DNA of 64,000 bases from Chitinophagales bacterium (GTDB lineage Bacteria > Bacteroidota > Bacteroidia > Chitinophagales > JADIYW01). Positions 55,751-64,000 of this stretch are shown here, in pieces. Positions within the stretch are counted from its first letter, which is position 1; the number at the start of each line of letters is the position of its first letter. A model generated the notes under the pieces. That model was not told the origin of the DNA and searched no databases. It saw only the letters and a program-made list of their open reading frames with translations. The stretch is from positions 72,359 to 136,358 of the forward strand of contig JACJXS010000008.1 of NCBI GenBank assembly GCA_020636545.1, in the 5' to 3' direction. The position numbers and the translations under genes are program-made.

Positions 55751-57943
55751 ATGTTCTCACTTAAACAAATCATCGAACAACCCCAGTTAATAGAAAATAT
55801 TTCTAATGAACAATTAAATGATTGGTTAAAAGCCTATCCTTATGTTTCATTTCTTCATTTGGAAAAGTATAAAAGAAACAGAACGGATGAGCAGAAAAAC
55901 AAAACAGCTTTTTATATTACACATAGAGATGTCATTTTTAAGATAGATTATAGTACACAAACTCAAGGAAGTGATTCGATACAAGATACACCAAGTGGAA
56001 TAATCACACCTGCAATACAATTAAATCTATCTGAGACGAATGAAGATAGTATTGTTATTTCTAAAGAACAAAATTTAACTACGGAACAAATAGCTGAAAT
56101 AGAACCTGAAAAAAATATTAAAGAATCCGAAGTTGAAATTCCTAATCAAGAGCCTGAAAAACTATCGATAGCTGACCAAATTTTGGCTGAGTTAAAACAT
56201 AGAAAGGAAGAAGACCATACAGCACAACAACAATCTGATGAGCTAGAAATTGTAGAAACAGAACAAGCTGAAACAATTACAGAAACGTTTAAGATTGAAT
56301 CTGAAAATAATATTAAAGAATCCGAAATTGAAATTCCTAATCAAGAGCCTGAAAAACTATCGATTGCTGACCAGATTTTGGCTGAATTAAAACATAGAAA
56401 AGAAGAAGCACATGCTGCACAACAACATTCTGATGAACTTGAAATTATAGAAACAGAACAAGTTGAAACTATTGTAGAAACTCCAGAAATTGAATCTGAA
56501 AATATTATAGAAGAATCCGAAGTTGAAAACACAACTCAAGAACTTGAAAAGCTATCGATTGCTGACCAAATTTTGGCTGAATTAAAACATAGAAAAGAAG
56601 AAGAAAGTTTAGTAGCACAAACGGTAGAATTACCTGAAATTATAGAAACAGAACAAACTGAAACTATTGAAGAAACTCCAGAGGTTAAATCGGAAAATAT
56701 TAATGAAGTAGTTGATGTTGTTGAGCAAGAAAATAAACCGATCTCTTTAGTGGATCAAATTTTAGCAGAGTTTAAAAACAGGAAAGAAACTGCAAATATT
56801 CAAACACTTGAGAATGAAAACCAAACTGTTGAGGAAATAAAATCAGATGTGGAAGAATTGGAAGTTTTAGAACAAACTTCAATAGTACAAAATGTTGATG
56901 TTGTTACAGTTCAAACATCAGAAATTAAAACGTCATTAGAAGAAGAATCTCAAGTTGTTGAACAACCTAAAACATCTCCCAAACCATTCTCTATTGCGGA
57001 TCAAATACTATCTGCTATTCAACAAATTACCAGTAAGGTAATCACCATTCCAATGGAGAAAGCGATTGCTCAGATCAAAGAAACAGAATCAGCTCCTCAG
57101 CCCGAAACAATAGCCACAAAACAAACAGAAATAAATGTAGATGTTGAATCTAATTCTTCATTGCCAATAATAAAAATTGCGAATGATTTTATTTTTGATA
57201 AAGTTCAGTTTGAAATCATTCATTCAAATCAGGAAAATTTTGATAATTTAGAGCTACCTAAAGAAGAAGACGATACTTATTTTCCATCTATTCCATTTGA
57301 TGAATCAAAAGCAATATCAGATACCAATAATGATATTAAAATAGAAAAAATTAAATCTTTAAATGAAAATAATTTGCAAGCAATTAAAATAGATTCATTT
57401 ATTCCAAAGTCAGATAAAACAATTCAAGAAAAACAGCGTCCTGATATTGTTTTAAAAGAGATAAGTGATTTTAGACAAAGTAGTGAGCATACTAAAATTA
57501 ATATCGATGAAATCCATCCGATAGAAAGAAATCGTCATAAAATTATTGAAATTGCACAGAAAGATGAAACGCATACATTTTTAGAATGGCTGAATATAGT
57601 GGATAAAAGTTACGAACAAAATACACAAAAGCTAGATACAACGAGAAAGCATTATAATTATGAAAATCAGTTTATTTTAGAAAATAAGACAGAATTACAA
57701 CAAAGTATTTTAGAAGGCGAATTGGATAGCGAAACTGAAATTGATGAAGATCTAAACAAAATGGCGGAAGAAAGTATCTCCTTTAAACAAGAGATGGCTA
57801 CTGAAATATTGGCAAAAATTTTAGTCAAACAAGAACACTTTGAGAAGGCTATTGAAGTGTACCAAAAATTAATTTTGAAATATCCCGAAAAAAGTAGTAC
57901 CTTTGTTGCCCAAATTGAATTTTTAAAAAAACAAATACAATAA
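55751..57943 (+). CDS. Acidic tandem-repeat protein with a C-terminal TPR-like helix pair
   Basis: 730 aa and Glu-rich. Five copies of an (L/F)SIADQIL(A/S)E-type motif. The C-terminus is FEKAIEVYQKLILKYPEKS. Confidence 0.7.
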   Translation: MFSLKQIIEQPQLIENISNEQLNDWLKAYPYVSFLHLEKYKRNRTDEQKNKTAFYITHRDVIFKIDYSTQTQGSDSIQDTPSGIITPAIQLNLSETNEDSIVISKEQNLTTEQIAEIEPEKNIKESEVEIPNQEPEKLSIADQILAELKHRKEEDHTAQQQSDELEIVETEQAETITETFKIESENNIKESEIEIPNQEPEKLSIADQILAELKHRKEEAHAAQQHSDELEIIETEQVETIVETPEIESENIIEESEVENTTQELEKLSIADQILAELKHRKEEESLVAQTVELPEIIETEQTETIEETPEVKSENINEVVDVVEQENKPISLVDQILAEFKNRKETANIQTLENENQTVEEIKSDVEELEVLEQTSIVQNVDVVTVQTSEIKTSLEEESQVVEQPKTSPKPFSIADQILSAIQQITSKVITIPMEKAIAQIKETESAPQPETIATKQTEINVDVESNSSLPIIKIANDFIFDKVQFEIIHSNQENFDNLELPKEEDDTYFPSIPFDESKAISDTNNDIKIEKIKSLNENNLQAIKIDSFIPKSDKTIQEKQRPDIVLKEISDFRQSSEHTKINIDEIHPIERNRHKIIEIAQKDETHTFLEWLNIVDKSYEQNTQKLDTTRKHYNYENQFILENKTELQQSILEGELDSETEIDEDLNKMAEESISFKQEMATEILAKILVKQEHFEKAIEVYQKLILKYPEKSSTFVAQIEFLKKQIQ
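56100..56800 (+). repeat. Coding tandem repeat, period 192-195 nt (three strong copies plus one degenerate copy)
   Basis: ATATTAAAGAATCCGAA... at 56115 and 56310 (offset 195), with a related copy at 56502 (offset 192). A degenerate copy lies near 56700. Confidence 0.85.
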
Positions 57944-57944
57944 T

Positions 57945-58301
57945 ATGTTCACTTTTCTAGCTATACTTATAATTATTTTGAGCATTGCTCTTATTTTAAT
58001 TATTATTGTACAAAATCCAAAAGGTGGCGGTGTGATGGGAAGTCTTGCAGGTTCTGCATCTAATGTAATTGGCGTGCAAAGAGCTGGAGATATTTTAGAG
58101 AAAGGAACTTGGGGCGGAACTATCGTTTTATTGTTTTTATGTATTTTAACCGTACTTGCTGCACCAAAAACTGCAGGTACTTCTGATTCAAAAACTAAAA
58201 CTTTGACTGAAGAAGCTGCCAAAACGACACCTACAAGTACGCCAACTGCTCCAACTGCACCAGTAACTCCTGGAGCGAATCCATTGAAACCAGTCAAATA
58301 A
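57945..58301 (+). CDS. secG: Preprotein translocase subunit SecG with a Thr/Pro/Ala-rich C-terminal tail
   Basis: MFTFLAILIIILSIALILIIIVQNPKGGG is a typical SecG N-terminus, and there is a second TM helix. The tail is TPTSTPTAPTAPVTPGA. Confidence 0.85.
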   Translation: MFTFLAILIIILSIALILIIIVQNPKGGGVMGSLAGSASNVIGVQRAGDILEKGTWGGTIVLLFLCILTVLAAPKTAGTSDSKTKTLTEEAAKTTPTSTPTAPTAPVTPGANPLKPVK

Positions 58302-58418
58302 TATTAGTTCTAGGTTAATTTTTTTTGCATTTCTTCGATAATTTGTCTAATTTTAACATTAATTGACAAATTGGTACAATATTTGTCCGTTATTAGATAA
58401 AATTTAGATTTTCATTCT

Positions 58419-58853
58419 ATGAGAGGGAAATGGTACATATTAATATTTTTAGTTTGTTCGGTTATGTTTACCATAGCACAACAATTAGTACCACCTCGCA
58501 CTTTAGAAAGATATAATTCCAAAACTATAGTTGAACCTTGTATTCAAATGTACTTAAATGCAGACCCAATTGCATGTGGGAATTTATTATCTAAGAAAAC
58601 AAAAGGCGTAATTACTGCTTCAAAAGATAATGTCAATAAAATATACTTTAATATTACGATAAAATCGAATTGTGGTAAAAATGAGCCACCAATGTATTTG
58701 CGTTTTATAAAAGTAAAACAAATGGATATTCAAGAATTATTGCAATATACCCAAGATGGCGATGAGATTTATATAGAAGAGTTTGTTCCTGTAAATAATA
58801 AAATAGATTTAAGTTGCTCTCCTGCAAACTTTTATATCCAAAACCCTTCTTAA
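58419..58853 (+). CDS. Hypothetical secreted protein
   Basis: 144 aa with signal peptide MRGKWYILIFLVCSVMFTIAQ and four Cys. No recognised family. Confidence 0.5.
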   Translation: MRGKWYILIFLVCSVMFTIAQQLVPPRTLERYNSKTIVEPCIQMYLNADPIACGNLLSKKTKGVITASKDNVNKIYFNITIKSNCGKNEPPMYLRFIKVKQMDIQELLQYTQDGDEIYIEEFVPVNNKIDLSCSPANFYIQNPS

Positions 58854-59203
58854 ACTAATTTGAAGAAATTAATTAAGGTATTCTTTAAAGCAATACATTT
58901 AATTACAAAGTACTGCTAAAAAAAAAATGATACTTAAATACGCAGTGTATTTGAGTAATTCAACATATTGGTCGTGTACTAATTTCATAATAATCTTATT
59001 TTTATACTTCAATATTAATCAAAATACCAATCTTTGTCAAGTTGTTATTTATGAAGAATTGTGAATAAGTATGAATGCTTATTTTTTTGTTTGGCTTAAA
59101 AATATAGCATTAAAAGGATTTTGTGATATTGTTATCCTAAGTTCCGATCTGATTTTTAGTAGAATTGTTTATAATATTTTGCTTTTTTCTCTTTACTAAA
59201 AAC

Positions 59204-59236
59204 AAAACTGCCATTCTTAAAAAGAATGGCAGTTTT
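59204..59236 (-). terminator. Rho-independent terminator (usable in both directions)
   Basis: AAAACTGCCATTCTT-aaa-AAGAATGGCAGTTTT is a perfect 15-bp stem with flanking T/A tracts. It lies 22 nt past the stop at 59258. Confidence 0.8.
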
Positions 59237-59257
59237 ATTTTTAGAATTAATGAATTT

Positions 59258-61093
59258 CTATTTTGAAATATCCATTCTCGATAATAATAATTTATCGCCT
59301 TTTTCAGTTTCAGATAGATAAATGATGAAAGGGTTCATTTGAATTAAACTTTTTGATGGGAATAAATAGAATTTCTTCTTTTCAGATTCCCCTAATAATT
59401 TAAAATCTGAAGTAGTTCCTTTGTTCAAGTCAATTGTTCCATATTGAACACTATATAATGGTGTCCAAGTTGAAGTTGTTGTTGTAGAGAAGAAATTAAC
59501 ATCTGTATCCACTTCTTTATGTATCGATCTGCAAATATTCATTAACCAATACAATTTAGACTTATCAGCAGATTCTATCATATTTCCAGACACTGGGAAC
59601 ATATCTGATGTCAATGGAGATTGATTAAAGAAACCTGCCGTTTTCTTTTGGTCTATAAAAATACCATAATTGTGTTTCAAATTCCCTTGAGCATCAAATT
59701 GGAACAAATATACACCTTTATATAATTTTGTTCCAGCTGGTTGTCCAGCTCCAAATGGTTTGTTTTTAGTCAATTTAAAGTCTTGTCCATTGATTAAAAT
59801 ATCGCCATTAGATGCAAAGAAAATACCAAAAGTAGAGAATTTTTTACCATCAAATTTGACAATGTCTTTTTGATCATCTGGCTTAACTGCTTTTGAATTA
59901 AAATCAGCAACAGGCGTTTCTTTAGCAAATTTTATTTTTCCATTTGATAGCTCAGCTAAAGCAAATCCATTAAAGTTCATCGCATCTAACATATTATCAA
60001 TAGCATCTTGAGTTACGCCCATATCTTTATTACCTGATAAAGTATTGACCATATTTTTAAAACCACCAAACATTCCTCCAGATTTTGCACTTGTATTTTC
60101 AGTTGCTTTTTCTTCTTCATCGGCAGAAGTAGTGGCTACTAATCCTGTGCTAAATAATTGATTAACATATTTTGATTCTTTTGAAATCGTTGGGCCATAG
60201 AAGAATACTGAATTGTTTTTCTCATAAGCTTCTAATATTCTCCAACCACTAGAAGGAGCATCGAAATCTACTCTTTCTACTATTTTTCCTTCAGGTGTAA
60301 TTCTAAAATATACAAATTTATTTGCAGCGATATTTGCCTTTTTATCTACTCCACCTTGAGGTGCAAAAACGACAATCCAATCTCTTGGCAAATCATCGTT
60401 AGCCATATCATTATCATCTCTGAGAGGCTCAGCAAAGATTGGTGCATAAGGAGCTGGGAAATCTATATTTGCCATTACGCTAATATTAACTTCATTATCA
60501 CTTTTCAATAAATCATAATGTAAGTAAGAGCCTAATCCATCTTTTGGTGAGTCTTGTCTTCCTGCAACAACTAGAATAGAACTATCTCGATCCACTTCAT
60601 AAGCACCACCTCTGAAAACATACTTTTCGCCAGCATCACTTTTTGGTTTTACTTTTTCCAACATTTTTACATTTTTGATGTAAGTACCATACCACCATCT
60701 ATATTTCCAAGTAATTAATTTTTTACGGAACACTAATTTTCCACCCATAGTTATCGATGCTGTTAATGCATTGGTTTGATAGGTGTCTCCTCTAAAATTA
60801 AACCATTTATACCTACTTCTAACTTTATCTACATCCCAATCTTCATTTATTGTGTTCACTAAATCTAAGTCTTTGTTGAAAGTATAAGTTTCAATTTTTA
60901 CTTTTCTAGCAGATGAAGGCAGTACATAAATCATATCAAAAGTTTGCTTTTGATCATTTACTTCAGTGCCTCCTAAATAGCCACGCTTGGCTTTTCGAGA
61001 AATGTCGTACGATTTTTCTAAAACTTCATTTTGTGCTAAACTTGTACCCAACCAAGCCATAAGTAAAGCAGTAATCAATAATTTAATTTTCAT
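59258..61093 (-). CDS. Hypothetical secreted protein (about 611 aa)
   Basis: Signal peptide MKIKLLITALLMAWLGTSLAQ from ATG 61093; the track ORF extends to 61123. Beta-rich sequence with no recognised domain. Confidence 0.55.
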   Translation of the reverse strand: MKIKLLITALLMAWLGTSLAQNEVLEKSYDISRKAKRGYLGGTEVNDQKQTFDMIYVLPSSARKVKIETYTFNKDLDLVNTINEDWDVDKVRSRYKWFNFRGDTYQTNALTASITMGGKLVFRKKLITWKYRWWYGTYIKNVKMLEKVKPKSDAGEKYVFRGGAYEVDRDSSILVVAGRQDSPKDGLGSYLHYDLLKSDNEVNISVMANIDFPAPYAPIFAEPLRDDNDMANDDLPRDWIVVFAPQGGVDKKANIAANKFVYFRITPEGKIVERVDFDAPSSGWRILEAYEKNNSVFFYGPTISKESKYVNQLFSTGLVATTSADEEEKATENTSAKSGGMFGGFKNMVNTLSGNKDMGVTQDAIDNMLDAMNFNGFALAELSNGKIKFAKETPVADFNSKAVKPDDQKDIVKFDGKKFSTFGIFFASNGDILINGQDFKLTKNKPFGAGQPAGTKLYKGVYLFQFDAQGNLKHNYGIFIDQKKTAGFFNQSPLTSDMFPVSGNMIESADKSKLYWLMNICRSIHKEVDTDVNFFSTTTTSTWTPLYSVQYGTIDLNKGTTSDFKLLGESEKKKFYLFPSKSLIQMNPFIIYLSETEKGDKLLLSRMDISK

Positions 61094-61174
61094 AGTATTT
61101 TTTTTATTTATACAAATATGCATTTAATTTATGAGAATGTAAATAGTCTGAATGTTAAAAATAATAATCTAAAA

Positions 61175-62311
61175 TTATTCTAAATATTCTTGATTATGCT
61201 CACCCATATTTGGTGGAGCTGAATAGGTTTGATTTTTTGGAATAGCTGAGAATTTAATCGGCTGATTGACCATTTTTATTTTCCCTAATTTTTCGTGTTC
61301 GACTTCAATAAAATTATTTCGCTCTTGATGATAATCATCTTGCTCAATCTCGTCTAATTCATATATTGGAGCAATGCAACAATCCGCTTTTAAGGTTTGT
61401 GCAATCCAAGTATCTCTAGTTTGCGTGAGGAACAAGGCTTTCAATTCAGACTTTACATTTTCATCCATCATTTTGCCTACCCAATCAGGTTTATTGATAG
61501 CAGTACAGAAATTCATCCAGAATTTAGGTTCTAAGCTGCCTAATGCCACCCATTTATTATCTTGACATTTATAGATGTTATAATTCACTAAACTACCTGC
61601 CAATGCGTGTTCCCCTCGCTTATAAGTAGTTTTGCTATTCAATGTTTCAGTTAAATAAAATGATAAAAATGGCAAAACACAATCTGTCATAGCAACATCT
61701 ACAAACTGACCTTCGCCAGTTCTATTTCTGTGCAAAATTGCAGCCAAACAGCCAATAATAGTCGGATACGAACCGCCCGCAATATCTGCAATTTGAATAC
61801 CTGGTAATGTTATATTTTCAGGTGTGCCATTAATACCCAAAACACCAGCATAAGCTAAATAATTCATATCATGTCCAGCCATATTTTTATACGGACCATC
61901 TTGTCCATAGCCTGTTACAGCAACATAAATAATTTTTGGATTGATTTGTTTTACGGTGTCATAGTCTAATTGCATTTTAGCCAAAACACCTGGACGAAAA
62001 GAATCAATAACAACATCGGCAGTTCTGCATAATTCATAAAACTGATTACGACCTTCTTCTGATTTGAGGTTTAGTGAAATTGATTTTTTATTTCTATTCA
62101 ATGCCAAATAGCTTACACCTTCACCATTAATATGAGGCGGCATAAATCGGGTATAGTCGGGAGCATTGGGGTCTTCAATTTTTATTACTTCCGCACCCAT
62201 ATCTGCCATCAACATAGTTGCTAATGGACCAGGTAATAATCTTGATAAGTCTAAAATTTTAATTCCGTTTAATACACCTTGTAACATATTGCTTAATATT
62301 TTATCTAACAA
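61175..62311 (-). CDS. Family III CoA-transferase (CaiB/BaiF / alpha-methylacyl-CoA racemase family)
   Basis: LNGIKILDLSRLLPGPLATMLMADMGAEVIKIE N-terminal signature. Confidence 0.8.
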   Translation of the reverse strand: MLDKILSNMLQGVLNGIKILDLSRLLPGPLATMLMADMGAEVIKIEDPNAPDYTRFMPPHINGEGVSYLALNRNKKSISLNLKSEEGRNQFYELCRTADVVIDSFRPGVLAKMQLDYDTVKQINPKIIYVAVTGYGQDGPYKNMAGHDMNYLAYAGVLGINGTPENITLPGIQIADIAGGSYPTIIGCLAAILHRNRTGEGQFVDVAMTDCVLPFLSFYLTETLNSKTTYKRGEHALAGSLVNYNIYKCQDNKWVALGSLEPKFWMNFCTAINKPDWVGKMMDENVKSELKALFLTQTRDTWIAQTLKADCCIAPIYELDEIEQDDYHQERNNFIEVEHEKLGKIKMVNQPIKFSAIPKNQTYSAPPNMGEHNQEYLE

Positions 62312-62407
62312 TATATAAAGTAATTTTTGGTTTTTAATAAATTCAAATGAAATACTTATCCAAAGTTTATTTTGACAAAAACATAAAAAAAATTATAATA
62401 TAGTGAA

Positions 62408-63283
62408 TTAAGAATTTCGGGTATCTTCTCCCCAACGCAATTTCTCTCTTAATGTTTTAAGGTAAGTACTTTCAGGCAAACGAATAAGGTTAAATGTAAA
62501 TGGTGCTTTTTTTACGGCTATTTGATAAGTATTATCTAAAGTATGAAACCTAGAATCTAATGCTGTTAAATAACTAGCAGAACGACTTTCTACCTCAAAA
62601 GATAAAACGGTATCATCAGGAATTATCATTGGACGTGCATTCAAATTATGAGGTGCAACTGGTGTGATTACAAATGAATTTGCAGTTGGAAAAATAATTG
62701 GACCACCACAACTCAAAGAATAGGCGGTTGAACCAGTTGGTGTTGCAATAACTAACCCATCTGCCCAAAATGAATTTAAAAATTCGCCATTTAGGTAAAC
62801 ATGAATAACAATCATTGAAGCTGAATCTATTTTATGAATTGTAAATTCATTTAATCCATAATTGATTTCTCCAAATGAATTTTTATTACTTTCAACATAA
62901 ATTAGCGTTCGTTTTTCTATGGTATAACTACTTTGAACAATAGCTTTTACAAGTATTTCGATTTCTTCCTTATGAATATCTGCTAAAAAACCTAAGCGTC
63001 CCATATTGATACCTGCAACTGGAATTTCTGAATCTCTGATTAACGACAAAGTATCCAATATTGTACCATCACCACCGACAGCCAACAATAAATTGAAATC
63101 TTTAACTTCAATATGTGTACTAAATGAAGGAAGTGCTAAAAGTGTTTTTGAATTTTGAATTTGCTTTTGATACCCACTATAAATATAAACTTCAATTTTT
63201 TGTTTATTTAATTGAGCAATCAGTTGTTTTAAGTAAACAAGATGTTCTCCTTTATAAACTCTACCGTAAATGCCTATTTTCAT
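62408..63283 (-). CDS. nadK: NAD kinase
   Basis: GGDGT motif (LLAVGGDGTILD), NxGxLGFL (NMGRLGFLA) and TPTGSTAYSLSCGGPI. Confidence 0.9.
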   Translation of the reverse strand: MKIGIYGRVYKGEHLVYLKQLIAQLNKQKIEVYIYSGYQKQIQNSKTLLALPSFSTHIEVKDFNLLLAVGGDGTILDTLSLIRDSEIPVAGINMGRLGFLADIHKEEIEILVKAIVQSSYTIEKRTLIYVESNKNSFGEINYGLNEFTIHKIDSASMIVIHVYLNGEFLNSFWADGLVIATPTGSTAYSLSCGGPIIFPTANSFVITPVAPHNLNARPMIIPDDTVLSFEVESRSASYLTALDSRFHTLDNTYQIAVKKAPFTFNLIRLPESTYLKTLREKLRWGEDTRNS

Positions 63284-64000
63284 TTATAATGCTTGTTGGA
63301 AATGTAAATATAATCTATTTTCTAAATTTCTATTAAAACTATACTCAATTCTAAATACAGAACTATTAAAAGTTACAAAATCAATACCGGCACCAAATCC
63401 AAAAATCCATTTATTTTTCAATGAATTTTTTGCTTGAAATTGGCTATCAAATACATAACCTGCATCAAAATAGGCTTTGATAATCAAATTCAATGGCAAA
63501 TAATCGATGGATTTGTTCATGATAGGTTTCGATTGTAATTTTTTAAAATTTTTCATCTTAAAATCTAAAGCTTTAAAGCGTTGTTCAGTTTTGAATAATA
63601 GATAATGCTGTCCATTCAAAACATACAATTCATAGCCACGCACAAAATCTTGATTATAGCCTAATGATTTTTCATCTTGAATATTATAGGGTTGTTTTCT
63701 AGGAAATGATACGGAAAGTTTTCCAAATCCTGCAGTTGAAAAGCGAGGATGTTTTTGCCATTGTTTATAACCACTCATATTAAAGTAGGCAGTCGTTAAA
63801 CGTGCATCTTTCATAAAACCTAATCCATAATTACTTGCACCTAATTGTATTAACCAACCATTTGTAGGATAAGCTTTTATATCTCGATGGTCGCTTTCAA
63901 AATGATAAGCAATTTTAAAATAATTTTGGAAGTTTTTTGAATTAATAAAATAATTTGGATTGTCTCGAAGTACGGAATCTGAAACAGATGTATAACTATA
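63284..64000 (-). CDS. Outer-membrane beta-barrel protein (Omp85/surface-antigen-like); N-terminus lies beyond the window edge
   Basis: The frame of the 63284..63814 ORF has no stop up to nt 64000. It has an RGY-type motif (DFVRGYELY) and a barrel-like C-terminus. Confidence 0.45.
   Translation of the reverse strand, partial: YSYTSVSDSVLRDNPNYFINSKNFQNYFKIAYHFESDHRDIKAYPTNGWLIQLGASNYGLGFMKDARLTTAYFNMSGYKQWQKHPRFSTAGFGKLSVSFPRKQPYNIQDEKSLGYNQDFVRGYELYVLNGQHYLLFKTEQRFKALDFKMKNFKKLQSKPIMNKSIDYLPLNLIIKAYFDAGYVFDSQFQAKNSLKNKWIFGFGAGIDFVTFNSSVFRIEYSFNRNLENRLYLHFQQAL

Noticed and set aside
57923-58297. 124-aa minus-strand ORF overlapping secG
   Set aside because: It is antisense to a textbook SecG N-terminus (IVQNPKGGG). 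Its Gly/Ala/Val-rich translation mirrors the Thr/Pro/Ala tail of SecG.
58372-58387. TGGTAC-N5-TTGTC upstream of the 144-aa secreted protein gene, resembling a sigma-54 promoter
   Set aside because: The -12 GC is replaced by GT and the -24 element is imperfect. I judged it below reporting threshold.
1-64000. Search by eye for tRNA T-loop signatures (GGTTCGAATCC-like), CRISPR-style spaced repeats, transposase or integrase ORFs, and riboswitch-sized structured leaders (for example upstream of the Met-family PLP enzyme gene at 47961-48037)
   Set aside because: None was found. The intergenic gaps are short and AT-rich, and the 77-nt gap before the Met-family gene is too short and unstructured for a SAM riboswitch.

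Overview
AT-rich (about one-third GC by eye), densely coding chromosomal segment. It is most consistent with a Bacteroidota genome of Flavobacteriia or a related class. Support: two T9SS C-terminal sorting domains, TAnnTTTG-type -7 promoter boxes, mevalonate-pathway genes, and a sigma-54 EBP / LptE / repeat-TPR protein / SecG gene order. I support about 52 protein-coding genes. I recognised no rRNA, tRNA, CRISPR array, transposase, integrase or prophage gene.

Main blocks:
- 1-8 kb: a complete single-strand phosphate module (porin, pstSCAB, phoU, response regulator, histidine kinase).
- 8-20 kb: hflX, two membrane proteins, siroheme genes, a ComEA-like protein, an OmpA/TSP3 protein, MarC, two mevalonate-pathway genes and a serine hydrolase.
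- 19.5-25.7 kb: a voltage-sensor-like membrane protein, a half-length carB, an orphan trpB and a PLP enzyme.
- 25.8-27.7 kb: a two-gene Type II restriction-modification cassette at a convergent gene junction. This is the only clear accessory or defence element.
- 27.8-35.7 kb: NDH-2 and a TolC/MFP/RND efflux operon with two small appended genes.
- 35.8-41.2 kb: a SpoU methyltransferase, an Omp85-family protein and an FG-GAP T9SS cargo protein.
- 41.2-44.9 kb: an MBOAT acyltransferase sandwiched between two paralogous SGNH/DltD-like genes.
- 45-64 kb: housekeeping genes (transketolase N-half, GT2, a Met-family PLP enzyme, NifU-like, Mrp/ApbC), a 1446-aa PKD/T9SS protein, the sigma-54 EBP-lptE-repeat protein-secG block, two unknown secreted proteins, a CoA-transferase, nadK and a truncated OM barrel.

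I did not find an obvious multi-gene novel defence system. The best leads are:
- a perfect sigma-54 -24/-12 motif plus terminator in a gene-free convergent gap (a candidate small RNA);
- a pore-less voltage-sensor-domain protein next to that gap;
- a carB that stops exactly at the internal duplication boundary;
- the R-M cassette, whose methyltransferase has an unassigned C-terminal domain;
- the MBOAT/duplicated SGNH-like cluster.

All functional calls rest on motif and family recognition by eye. No database search was run.
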